From Octopus sinensis (taxonomy: Eukaryota): a DNA stretch of 64,000 nt. The DNA is taken from NCBI RefSeq assembly GCF_006345805.1, contig NC_043001.1, positions 121,582,001 through 121,646,000 of the forward strand, given 5' to 3'. The translations under genes were made by a program, and so were the position numbers. The notes under the pieces were generated by a model, which had not been told where the DNA came from, did not search any database, and saw nothing but the letters and a program-made list of their open reading frames with translations. Below, piece by piece: positions 35,467 to 47,959 of the stretch (positions are counted from its first letter, which is position 1; each line of letters opens with the position of its first letter).

Positions 35467-38400
35467 TATTTATATATATATATATATACACACACATATA
35501 TATATATATACATATACACACACACATATATTTATATACATATATATGAGTTCAAGTGCGAATGTCTAATCTGTATATTCTCTCTGTTATTTCTACTTTA
35601 GCTGCTGCATTCAAGGCTGGAAAGATAGCATCCAACCCATTTCAGAGCACTCAACAAACAACAGCTGCCATGATTCCACCACCCACTACATTAGCAGGTA
35701 AGATTCTTTTCAGATTATACTGTCAGATATAATGCTTATTTATTTATTCACTGTTTTTTTTTTTATGACAAACACCAAATTGATACAGTTCTATATTTAA
35801 GAGATGAGGAATTATTCACAATTGATGGCTATTTGTCCTCATCTTCTTTGTTGTTAACACAACGTTTTGGCTGATACACCCTCCAGCCTTCATCAGGTGT
35901 CTTGGGGAAATTTCGAACCTGGGTTATCATTCCTAAGGTATTTTTTGATGTTATTATTCTACACAGGAAATTTAGATGGTTTGAAAGACGAGCTTGTTTT
36001 TTTGATGGAGTTCCTTTATATGTCTCCATTGAAGTCTAATCAGTACTGAGCTGACAGTAGACTTCAATGGAGACATATAGAGAAACTCCATCAAAAACTA
36101 GCTGTATTATCTAATCGGTATGGAGCTCCTGTTTCAAACCATCTAACTTTCCTGTGTAGAATAATAACATCGAAAAATATCTTAGGAATGAGAAACAAGT
36201 TCGAAATTTCACCGAGATACCTGATGAAGGCTCTCAGCCGAAACATGTTAACAACATACAAGATGAGGACAAATATCCATCAAATGTAAAAAATGTACCA
36301 AATTAATAATCCTTTCTGCTATGGCACAAGGCCTGAAATTTGTAGGGAGCAGGATAATTGATTACATCGACTCCAGTACTTAACTGGTACTCAATTTATC
36401 GACCCTGAAATGGTGAAAAGGCAAAGTTGTCCTTGGTGGAATTTGAACTCAGAATGTAGTGATGGGCAAAATACTGCTAAGCATTTCGTCCAGCGTGCTA
36501 ACGATTCTGCCAACACGCCAGCTTAAACACCAGATTAATAATCTTTTCTACTATAGGCAGAAGGCCTGAAATTTTGGCAGGAAGGAGCAAGTCAATTACA
36601 TCGAACCCAGTACTTAATTTATCGACCCCGAAAGGATGAAAGGCAAAGCTGACCTTGGTGGAAATTGAACTCAGAACGCAGCGATGGGGGAAATACTGCT
36701 AAGCATTTCGTAACAATTCTGCCAGGTCACCACATTAAACACCAAATTAATAATGAATGTTATTTATTTTACTAAATCCCTTTAAATATTTTATTATTCT
36801 GAAAATAATCAGACAATGTTTTCCATTAAAAACATAGTCCTTAAAGGGTTAAGAAAATTCAAATTAAACCTGATCTTCTTATATAGTCTTCCATTTTTTG
36901 TGGCTTGATTTCTATGACCAGATGTCTTTCCTATCACCAACCACTACAGATGTTACTGGGGGTATTGTACCAGCTTCTGAGTAATTGTCTTATCCTCAGC
37001 ATAACTAAAAAGCCTGTCATCATCATCATTACCTTTAAGGTTCATGTCTCTGCTGGTATAGGTCGGACCTTTCTTCACTACATTGAATCCGCCCATTCAT
37101 TCACCAGCATCCTGAGGTTATGTCAGTTCCAACAAGACCAAACTGTTTACTGTTATCTGCATTGTTTTGGTTTGTTCGTTCCAGTAAGGGTGTTTAGTGT
37201 AATCTGAAAATGCTGGTGTTTTGCTTGTGTGTATATTTTCTGTTTGGCTCCATATATTTCTTCCTTTTTGCAGGTGCAACAAAACCACCAACCACAGCTC
37301 CTCCAGCTGCCCCTGCTGCTGGTCCACCAGTTGGTGCACCTGTACCAGGAATGTCATTGATGGGACCACCTCCAGGTACACATCTACCTCCTATGATGCC
37401 TACTATGACAGGTCAGTGAAGTCATTTATTTCTACCTTCCTATCATATTAATTAGTCTGTAATTTCCAGCTCCTGTTGGTATCAGTGAAGATATGCTTGT
37501 ATTGTAACACTTTGTAAGGATATTATGTTGATATCCTGTAAGAAGGGTCACCAAACTACAGCCCACGGGCCAGATCCGGCCTACTAGGTCAGTTCATCTG
37601 GCCTGTGGCTACTGCACTGTGCCTTTTGTGTAAGTACCTGCAATGAACGTTCGTTTGCCTCTGGTATGGGCATTGGTATTTGGAACAACTTATGTCTGTG
37701 AGCAAACATTTTCAAAAATGAAATATGTAAAGTCAGCACATCGAACGAGGTTGACTGATGAACAGTTGAAAGCAATTCTCTTCGTTTAATGCCCGCTTTC
37801 CATGCTAGCATGGGTTGGACGATTTGACAGGACTGGCGAACCAGATGGCTGCACCAGGCTCCATTCTGATCTGGCAGAATTTCTACAGTTAGATGCCCTT
37901 CCTAACGCTAACCACTCCGAGAGTGTAGTGGGTACTTTTACGTGCCACCGGCACGAGGGCCAGTCAGGTGGTACTGACAACGGCCACGCTGAAATGGTGT
38001 TTCTTATGTGCCACCTGCACAGGAGCCAGTCCAGCAGCACTGCAACGACCACGCTCAAATATTTTTTTTCACACTTGAAAGCCAGTTTGTTGCTCTGGCA
38101 AAGATCACGCTCGGATGGTGCTCTTAGCACTCCACTAGCACGGATGCCAATCAGAATTAAGTATACTCTATGATTTATTCGATTACCCTTCTCCGAAATT
38201 TTGTTGCTTAGCACCAGCGTTAGAAATCAATATTGTAACTTTTGAGGGGAGTGGATAAAAGAATCCTAATGCTTTGGACAATACAGCTTGTAGCACTAAG
38301 TTGTGTCCCTTGACAGTGAGTGTGCAAAACTTGCGAAAGCCGTTTTTAATCTTTCATTCTTCTGAGGAGCAGGGTCTAATAAGTACCAGCAATACACTAT

Positions 38401-39179
38401 GGATGATTTGATCAGCTTTATCTTTTCCCCAAATTTTAGACCTACTTTAAAAATTATTGTCATTTGCTGGAAATGCGGTTGACAGATTTGATAAAGTACG
38501 AAGTAGAATGTTTTGGTGCTCTGAATTACGTCCCTTGTTCATCAGAACTTGATTTCTCGTGTGGCTTGATCAGAGGAGATAACGCAGAACACAAACTTTA
38601 TAAAGGATTCTACGTTTGGAGGAAAAGTAACCACGAATTAGGGGTTGTTACCTTTTTCTATTGCTAAGGATCAATTCAGTAGATTCCAATCAAGTGCTGG
38701 GCTTTATAGCAGCGTTTCTCAACCGGGGTTCTCTGAAACCCTAGGGTTCCACAAAGGGTTCCTAGGGATCCCCCGAGAAAGAGTGAGATAAACTAATGCT
38801 AATTTCATGATGGTAATATTACTATACATACACAACATATTGGTTATTGTAATATTGACATCATCCTATCTAACCTATTATGTTATCAAAAAATATAACA
38901 ACCATATATATATATATTTACCATGTGAACTACAATGAAAAAATATGAGAAAGATATGGTATATATATATAATAATAATAATTTGTGGGAATATTATTCC
39001 AAACTTACAGGGAAAAATTCAATTTAGAAATACTAAATCAAATTTCACAAAATATAAAATATATACATATATATATAAATTAGGAAAAAGCCACCTTTTA
39101 TTATATGTAATTTTCTAGATGGTGTAATTTAATTTTTCATTTTGAATTGATAAAAGGTGTTTTTTTTCTAATTCATATA

Positions 39180-39214
<35 letters not shown>

Positions 39215-40571
39215 TATGCAGGGGTTCCTTGAGACACATGTAATTTATTTTAAGAGTAAAAAGGTTGAGAAGCACTGCACTGCAGCAGTTGGTTCTCGAC
39301 CTTTTTTTATCTATCAACCCCACAAATTCATATTTTACCTTACTGGACTTCCATAGCCATTCAGTGTTTAAAAGTGTCCTTTTATATTTATATCAGGTCA
39401 TCCCATAAGTTCTGTCCGATTTTACCTTTTTTAAAATTGAATGAAATTTAATAGTATTTTAGAATGTCTAATGGAATTAGAAATTATTTTTATGTATTTG
39501 TGTACATTTAAACTAATTAAATATTATTTTACAGAATAATAGAATTAAAATTTCTTTGATTGAAACCCTTTCTAACATGGAAGTATCCAAAGAGCATTTG
39601 AGGCATATAATGCTTTAGGAGTACAAAAAAGGAAACTCTGCAGCCGAAGCAACTCGGAACATACACTCAGTTTATGGGAAAGAATGCTTGAATGAAAGAA
39701 CTTGCAGAAGATGGTTTTCAAAATTCAGAAGTGGAGAATTCAGCCTTGAAATGAAGATCGAATAGGACATCCAGTTGAGTTTGATGATAAGCTCCTTGAG
39801 GCATTGCTTGAAGGAAATCCTGCATTATCAGTTGAAGAATTGGCAATAAAGCTTAATTCAAACCATACAACTTTGGAAAGGTTGCTAAACTTGGAAAATG
39901 GGTGCCTCAATAATTGTCCGAAAGCAACCGCAAATCCTGAGTTAACATCCGCTCTTCTCTCCATTCTTGCGAACTCATTTCGCTCATTTTGGATAAAATT
40001 CAGAAGTGGAGATTTCAGCCTTGGAGATGAAGATCGAACAGGACCTCCATTTGAGTTTGATGATAAGCTCCTTGAGGCATTACTTGAAGAATTGGCAATA
40101 AAGCTTAATTCAAACCATACAACTGTTCATCGTCATCTTCAACAACTTGGAAAGGTTCCTAAACTTGGAAAGTGGGTGCCTCAATAATTGTCTGAAAGCA
40201 ACCGCAAATCCCGAGTTAACAGTTGCTCTTCTCTCCATTCTTGTGAACTCATTTCACTCATTTTGGATAGACTTGCAACTGCTGATGAAAAATATTAAAC
40301 ATCATAAACAGTAGCTTCTATCGAAATATTAAACATCGTAAACAGTGATATTACATTTGCAGTGATTCAGATTTTCTCTTGTCTCATTGTTTTGCCTTTT
40401 TTTTTCCTTTTTGCAGTTGGTATCCGCCCCCCAATGGGACCTCCAATCGGACCACCTATGGCACCAATGAGTACGATGGTATCAGCCATTCCAATGCGAC
40501 CGCCTATTGTGGCTAGCACCACAGCTACTGTTGTTGGAGGACCTCCTCCTGGTAAAATAGCAAGGAAGTAA
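30362..40571 (+). CDS. SNRPC: U1 small nuclear ribonucleoprotein C (U1-C), complete, 6 exons, 182 aa
   Basis: Join 30362-30369, 31202-31244, 34037-34145, 35602-35697, 37274-37411, 40417-40571 (549 nt). [62 protein letters not shown] is the U1-C matrin-type zinc finger, followed by a Pro/Met-rich tail ending PPPGKIARK*. Confidence 0.97.
31202..31244 (+). CDS. SNRPC: U1-C exon 2
   Basis: ttcag|[14 protein letters not shown]|gtaagt. Confidence 0.97.
34037..34145 (+). CDS. SNRPC: U1-C exon 3
   Basis: [36 protein letters not shown]|gtaagt. Confidence 0.97.
34359..34740 (+). mobile_element. Short non-autonomous Helitron in SNRPC intron 3
   Basis: A|TCTTTATATATAAAAGAG start; CCCG-agcaatgc-CGGG hairpin near the end; terminal CTAG decayed to CTTA. 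Confidence 0.65.
35380..35550. repeat. (TA)n/(CA)n compound microsatellite
   Basis: Seen directly; similar tracts at 27660-27690, 42450-42495, 51645-51810, 54355-54470, 55170-55270, 58960-59140, 60750-60880 and 61955-62000. Confidence 0.95.
35602..35697 (+). CDS. SNRPC: U1-C exon 4
   Basis: [32 protein letters not shown]|gtaaga. Confidence 0.95.
35788..36296. repeat. About 500-bp palindrome of the same family in SNRPC intron 4
   Basis: Nested inverted arms around a loop at about 36035-36061. Confidence 0.9.
37274..37411 (+). CDS. SNRPC: U1-C exon 5
   Basis: [46 protein letters not shown]|gtcagt. Confidence 0.93.
37543..37790 (+). mobile_element. hAT (SPIN/Charlie-type) remnant: TIR plus transposase C-terminal fragment
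   Basis: GGGTCACCAAACTACAGCCCACGGGCCAGATCCGGCC terminus; [34 protein letters not shown]. Confidence 0.8.
38710..39277. mobile_element. hAT-type MITE in SNRPC intron 5
   Basis: CAGCGTTTCTCAACC ... GGTTGAGAAGCACTG TIRs. Confidence 0.8.
39393..40355 (+). mobile_element. Truncated mariner transposon (Mos1/SETMAR-like) with internal tandem duplication, SNRPC intron 5
   Basis: TA|TCAGGTCATCCCATAAGTTCTGTCCG TIR. Decayed transposase from 39577: [28 protein letters not shown]...[14 protein letters not shown]...[12 protein letters not shown]...TADEK. Confidence 0.9.
40417..40571 (+). CDS. SNRPC: U1-C exon 6 (terminal coding exon)
   Basis: [30 protein letters not shown]...[10 protein letters not shown]; AATAAA signals near 41026-41040. 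Confidence 0.93.
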
Positions 40572-42455
40572 CACCATTTTAGGATTTGGGCCTGACAAAT
40601 ATGTACATATGTATTTCCTGGGTTTTTTCCATTTCATTTTGTATCACTCTTGCTTTCATTCCATAACCCTTTCTCTTTACATCTCATGCTCTATTTTCCT
40701 TCAAAGTTTTTTCTTTTCCTTTATCCATATTCCCTTCACCCTACCATTTCTCTCCCCGTACTCCTCTCTCCACTAGACTCTGTCTATCTCTTTCTCCCAT
40801 TCAGCCAGCTCTTCTCCCCATCTCTCATTTTTCTCTCTTCTTTTGACCACCTCCCTCTTCTCCTATTCATCTTCCTTTTACTAATCACTCTCAACCACTT
40901 TCTCAGATTCATCTATTGTTTTACATACATACATATATACGTATGTATAGAATCTGTGGGTATACTGTAGGAGATGATAAGGGAGACAATTCATTTTGTG
41001 TTCCATTTTAGATTTTTTTTTTATAAATAAAATAAAATATAAAATGTTACACTGAATCTTGAGAGGTGAAGGAGAAATAAAACATTGGCTGCAACAGATT
41101 AAGAGAATTTTCTTTTGGTAAATATGTCTCCATAAATTTAGCAGTACAGGAAATTTTCTGTACTTCCAAATGAAATCTCATAAGAAACTGCTTACCACTT
41201 TCACAATGATACGGAAGGAAATATTTTTGATAACATTAACTTGTTCCTTAAATGTACTCACTTGTATGGATTTCTCTACCTGAGACTTATTACCATTTTT
41301 AATTTCTCTTAGTAATTATTTTTTCTGTATGAGATGATATATGTGTGTGAAAAAAAGGTTATGTTGTGTAGATGTTTACTATCGAAAGCCCAAAGAAATG
41401 TGCACTTTGAATTAGTGTTAGTATAATATTTAGATAAATTAAGGCAGCAATATGGCGGAAGCGTTAGCATGCCAGGCAAAATGCTTAGCGGTATTTCGTC
41501 TGTCTTCACATTCTGAGTTCAAATTCCGCTGAGGTCGACTTTGCCTTTCATCCTTTTGGGGTCAATTAAATAAGCACCAGTTACGCACTGGGGTCGACAT
41601 AATCGCCTTAATCCGTTTGTCCTCTCTGTGGTTAGCCCCTTGTGGATAGTAAAGAAATAGGTATTTCGTCTGTCTTCACATTCTGAGTTCAAATTCCACT
41701 GAGGTCAACTCTGCCTTTCATCCTTTCGGGGTTGATAAATTAAGTACCAGTTGCATACTGGGGTCAAGCTAATCGACTGGCCCCCTCCCCCAAAATTTTG
41801 AGCCTTGGGCCTAGAAAAGAAAAGAATATTTAAATAAATTTTGGTGTGCATCTCGTATCAGTATTTCATACACAGCCTGGCACACCATTGGTTATGATGA
41901 GGAGTGTTCCAGTTGATTCAATCAATGCAACAGCCTGCTTATGAAATTAAAGTGCAAATGGCTGAGTACTCCATTGACACGCATGCCTTTAATGTAGTTT
42001 TCAGGAAGATTCAGCATAATGCAGAATGTGACAAGGCTGGCCCTTTGAATTACAGGTACAAATCATTATTGCCAGCTAAGTGGACTGGATTGGAGGAATA
42101 GGAAATAAAGTGTCTTGCTCAAAGCCACAAGATGCCACTGGAAATTGAACTCACTACCTTATGATTGTGAACCAAATATTCTAACCACTGAGCCATGCAC
42201 CTTCACTATTTTGTGCGCTCGCACACACACAGGGGTCAACTTGGTCATTGACATGTTCTATGTTAGACAAATATTAAATTTAAATAATTAGGTGAAATAT
42301 AGATATACCTGTACATTAGTATAAATGATACAAGTTAATAAATATTGGTCTGTGCCAGGCACCAGTAAACTAATCTGGAGACTACAGGAATTTGGGGTTC
42401 TCGCTTGTAACTTGGAAAATAAAAGGCTCTGAACCATCAGTGTTGTGTATGTATG

Positions 42456-42495
<40 letters not shown>

Positions 42496-42894
42496 CACAG
42501 GTATGACTATATATGTATAATGAAGGCACATGGCTCAGTAGTTAGAGCATGAAGCTTATGATCGTGAGGTTGTGAGTTTGATTCCCAGACGGGGCTGCAT
42601 GTTGTGTTCTTGAGCAAGACACTTTATTTCGCGTTGCTCCAGTTCATTCAGCTGTAGAAATGAGTTGCGATGTCACTGGTGCCAAGCAGCATCAACATTT
42701 GCCTTTCTATTGGATAACAAAGGTGCTGTGGTGAGGGCTGGTATGCATGGGCGACTGATAGTCTTCCACAAAACAACCTTGTCCAGACCTGTACCTTGAA
42801 GGGGAACTTTCTAGGTGCAATCCCATGGTCATTTGTGACCAAAGAGGGTCTTCTTTTTATATATGGATATATATATTTACACACACATACATAC

Positions 42895-43450
42895 AGTGTG
42901 AGCTAAAAGCCATGTACCAAGATTAAAACCCATTTTAAATATTTACATATATTGCACATTTCAAAACCAACACTTTATATTTAATTACAAAGCAAAGCAA
43001 ATTAGAAAATGTCAGCAGTATGATCACAAGTGTTCAAAAATGTACATCGGCTGCAGCTTTTATTATTCGTTGCATTGTTGTACAAGGACCAACGATTTCC
43101 TGTGATGATTTTTGCACTGATTTCTTTGGGCTTTTGTGAAACTTGTCTATGACAGGTACATGTGTGTTGTTTGATACCTTAGGGTGGCCACTTCAGTATT
43201 TGTCATGCACACTGCCTGTTGTGTGGTATCTTTGGACTAAACAACCAACCAGTGTATGCAATATGGTTTTTCTCGGATGCTTTTTGGTTGAAGGTGTCAG
43301 CGACGGTTCTTTTGTTTGCACCATCACAACCAGGCAGAAAAATGAGTTCCATACACTCTGGAATTGTCAAGGATACACTTCAATTTTTCTAAAATGGAAT
43401 AAAATGATGACGTATATGCTCATACTTGTATATGATGAATAATAGTGATA
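42895..43450 (-). mobile_element. Decayed Tc1/mariner transposase N-terminal (HTH) fragment
   Basis: Reverse translation LVQRYHTTGSVHDKY*SGHPKVS...DKFHKSPKKSVQKSSQE...TTMQRIIK. Confidence 0.7.
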
Positions 43451-43533
43451 ATAACAATATAAATAAAATATCAAATTTTATGCTGAGTAATTTTTTTGCT
43501 TCACTCCTCTGTGTGTGTGTGTGTATACATACA

Positions 43534-44776
43534 CAGGGTGACCCAATAGTCACGAAAGGGTTTCAATATTTAATATCTCGTTTATTTTGTTTAAAAATTG
43601 TGATACTTTACTAGGTAAGTTATAGAAAATGGGTGTGAGATTTATTTCCCCTTTCGTTACTATATTTCTGACCAAAATACACCCCTTATGTGTTTCAATT
43701 AATTTCTAACATAATCATAAATTTAGTCTGGTTTCATTAAACAACTATAACTTTTTTATTTATCAATATATTAATGTGATTTTTGGAAGATAATTTAATG
43801 AAATGTTCTCAACCAATTCTATACTATAATTTTTGTCACAAACTGACTCTAATTGCAGGTAGATACAGGTAAATTCAACAACATATAAAATTATTAAAAT
43901 TTTGTTCAAACATCACTATAGAAAATGGGTTATTAGTTTTCACGAATGTACTAAAGAGATTTGCTCTGATATTCTCATTTAAATATGAATAGGTAAATAC
44001 GGGCGGGTTTGGGCGGTTTGGTAACGAAAGGGTTAAGTGATATCCATTTTCCAATTTGCATAAACTTGCTCTTTCTAAGGCGTTTTCCATAACAGCCCTT
44101 AACATTTGTGGCTCCAGTGATCTAATTTCTGTTCCAATGTTATTTTTAAGATCTGCAATTGTTTGAGGCTTGTTGTTATAAACTTTTCCCTTAAGATATC
44201 CCCATAGGAAAAAGTCTGGAGCGGTTAGATCTGGAGAATGACATGGATCTTCTCTTGCTAATTCTTGGAATCTTGTGACATATTGTAATCTAGCGGCATA
44301 ATCTAGTTCTTTCAGCTGTTGTACCAATTGGATCATATGTGGAAAAAGATCCATTGTTTTTAAAATTCGTTGGAGCAATGTCCTGCAGACTCCAACTTGT
44401 CGAGAGTGTGTTTGTGTTGATGTCGGGTCTTTTCAATACTCTCCCTCACACACCTGACTCTGGCCTCGTTTCTAATGGAACAAGGTCTGCTTATTCTTGG
44501 AAGGTCACTTACTGATCTTTGATCTTCAAAATGACCAATTAATCACCTGACCATTGGACAATTCATTTCTCTATAATTCTTATTGAGTCTGAATTATTGA
44601 TCCTTGGTTTTGGTAATAAAATTTCACAATTTGCGTTTGCTGTTCAATAGTGTACTTTTCCATGCTTAAATTTAAGGGTCTTCTTTATATAAATCTGAAA
44701 TAAAATAAAAATTAAATAATTATTTTAAAAAGTTTATCAAATATAGAAACCCCTTTGTCACTTCTGGGCCACCTTG
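43534..44776 (-). mobile_element. Tc1/mariner (maT/rosa-like) element, internally deleted, both TIRs present
   Basis: TIRs CAGGGTGACCCAATAGTCACGAAAGGGTTTC and the reverse complement of 44745-44776. ORF 43875-44378 contains SPDLTAPDFFLWGYLKGKVYNNKPQTIADLK. Confidence 0.9.
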
Positions 44777-47700
44777 TATATGAGTTGCCTTGTTTTATAT
44801 GTGCATGCACCTGGTGCAAGCAGACGTGTTTCCGTTTTGAGCTGGTAGTATAACATCGACACACCTTTAAAAATTCATTGCCTCTAACTCTGAATTAGAC
44901 CTCCAGAAGTTCTGTTTTAAGGTCCATGCTGTCTGAAATGAAACATTTTGGCCTCCAGATGTTCTAATTCTAATTGTGTATTTAGTTATAGGTTGGATTT
45001 GAACTAGGAACTTTAATTTTAAATCATTCATGCCACAATTGTCCAGTGGATAAAGCATTATTTGCTTTATAAAAAGAAGGTTCTTAGTTCATATCTTGTC
45101 TGATTGACTGTGTACATATCCAGGTGAGGGTCACTGATATGTAACCTCATATTTTGGGCTTAAAATCTGGAAAAAAGATTTTGTAAGGCATTATAATACT
45201 ATGTATAAGAAACTCCCATATTTTTTAAATCTGATTTTTGACAAAAAAAAGGGGGTTCCTTATACACGTTAAAATAGGGTAAATATAATCATTTAAAAAT
45301 GTTTCATCTCTAAAGACTAGATTAATAGTTTGAAAAAGGGCATGAAGAACTCATTTCAAACACTGAGACATTGAGTTTCATTTATTTCTGGTGTAATAAC
45401 CTACAAAAATGGTTACTGACATTAAACACAGCAAGGTTCAAAATCTAATTTATGAATTTAGTGCTTTGTTACACCTAAACCAGTCACGGGGAAACTGAAG
45501 CCCATAGGACTTTCTGAATGGTACTCCTACCTTTAATTTGTTTTAATAGTGCAGCCTTCTTGATGATGTGCCATGTCTTGTGTGGCCACCTTCTTGTAAA
45601 AGGTTGCTTTTGCTTGTTGTAAACCTTTTCTAATCAATACAACCATACTTGGTTCAATTCTTCATATAACTATTATTTCAGAATTTAGTCTTTGGTTAGC
45701 TTTGATCAAACAACTATGAACAAAGAATGGTATCCATTTCTAGAATGGTAAAGTGTAGTTTCAGAGATCTGTCGCAGTTTTTTCACTGGACCTTATAGAA
45801 AGCACTGTTGTTGGCTCAATATTGGTACCAGTCAAGCAGTGGGGTCTATGGAATCACCCAGATCCCTTCCTTTCTAAATTGCCAGTCTTGCAACTAAATC
45901 ACAAACCATATTGGCTCAATAAATATTACTTTATTGCATTTGGTGTCTGTAGACAGATTATACATTTAACTTGTGTTACAGATAAAATGCATTTTGAAAA
46001 TTACCAAAAAAATCGTCTTGACTCTTAGCATTCAGATTACTCTGTCAAATATGGGAGCACTCTGTCGGTTATGACGACGAGGGTCCCAGTTGATGCAATC
46101 AACGGAACTGCTTGCATGAAATTAACGTGCAAATGACGGAGCAATCCACAGACACGTGTACCCCTAACATAGTTCTCAGGGAGATTCAGTGTGACAAGGC
46201 CGGCCCTTTGAAATACAGGTACAACTCATTTTTGCCAGCTGAGTGGACTGGAGCAACGTGAAATAAAGTATCTTGCTCAAGGACACAACGCGTCACCAGG
46301 AATCGAACTCACGACCTTACAATCGTGAGCCGAATGCCCCTAACCACTAAGCCATGCACCTTCAAATATAATGCTTATCTATTCACATTGTTTTGAATTA
46401 ATCCTACATCATCTCATTTCAATAATCATTTTGATGATGTGGTTGCTTATTTTTAAAAATGACATTGTAAGGTAGGTGTGAGAGGCCAGACCTGGTCAGT
46501 TTTAACATAAAACAGGCAGAATATTTAAGCTGGATGTGGCTGGTTTAAATGCAGAAGGGTTATAGATAGAATTTATAATTCTTTGTAGTTTATTTTGCTT
46601 TTGAACAAAATGCTACTATTACAATTTGTCTCAGTTTATTCCATAAATAACATTCTTGTTTCTCTTTATAAATATTGTTTCACTATTATTCCATTATCTG
46701 ATGTCTCCAATATTGCATTCTCTCTGTCTGGAATTCTTTCATTAAAAAAAAATTATGCCAAACGTTTGTTTATTTTTTGTTTTTAAAAGCTTTTTATTTA
46801 TTTTTTTCGTTTTTTCTGTCTTCGAGAAACTTAATCCCTTTTGTTTGTTTGGTTTTGTCTCTGGCAATTACCAAGCAACATGAAGTTTCATGTATCTGTT
46901 GAGTATCTCAGTGTGTATATCATCTTAGCTGTGTTTTTACATGGTAGTGAATACATTTTATCTGTGTGTGATTATATATATTATATGTATGTATGTATAT
47001 TGTCTGAGATGCTATCTGTTAGAAAAAATATGCGCTCATATTTATCAGTAGAGTGAGTATATTAATCAAAGTATACAGTATTATAGATCCATTTCAGCTG
47101 ATCTTGTCAATGGTTTTTGCAGTGCATATTAGATTTCAGGATGGTTAAGTAACACCTAATAACCAGTCCCATCTTATCCCATGTATAAAACCGATTGATA
47201 GCATCAGCTGGAATGGATCTGTAATATTGTATACTTTGAATAAATAACATATATATTACATACACACACACACACATTTATAGTTGATGAGTTACTGTGT
47301 TGATACTAGTTTCTTACCATATGCCATTCTTCAGGAAGTATCTTGTATGAAAGTCAAGCAAGAAACTTGTGTGGCAACAGAGTAAACCATTTGCTGCAAA
47401 GGCAAAAGAAAACTCTTTTACATATATTGAATCTTCTTCCATTTATCATCTAACCACATATATATATTGAAAAAAAAAAAATGAAGCTTTTTTTCATAAG
47501 AAGCTGCCCTTCTCAATCACTTACATAAAATCACATTGTTTTTTTCCTGAATGAACTCAGGGAAAAAATAGACTTCTTGGCCTTCTAATGAAGATTGTCA
47601 TCTGATTGGTTGGTACCTAACCCTCATTTTAGGCTTTCTATGTTTATTCTTTTTCAAATGACCAAATATATCTACAAACTTTTGAAATAAACTTATTTGA

Positions 47701-47959
47701 AATAAGCACTGATTTTGTTCGTTAATTCCTTGGATGTAATTATCATTACATTATTATATCTTTTGCTCAAATTCCAACAAAGTCGACTTTGCCTTACATC
47801 CTTTCAGGGTCAGTAAGTACTGGGCACTGGGGCTGATGTAATCAACATTCTCCCTCTCATGTACTCGTAATAGAAAGAATTACTATGATGTCTGTAAAGG
47901 TAGCAAGCTGGCAGAATTGTTAGCATATCTGGCATAGTGCTTAGCTGCATTTCTTCCAT

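Noticed and set aside
35216-35601. Many overlapping ORFs rich in [12 protein letters not shown] (also about 50490-51900, 54270-54870, 58930-59210, 62800-63100)
   Set aside because: They are translations of (TA)n/(CA)n microsatellites, which contain no stop codons in some frames.
47335-47401. RNLCGNRVNHLLQR as an insulin B-chain or EPO/TPO-like helix A
   Set aside because: It needs a weak GC donor, the Cys spacing is wrong for insulin, no A-chain was found, and the similarity is too short to support.
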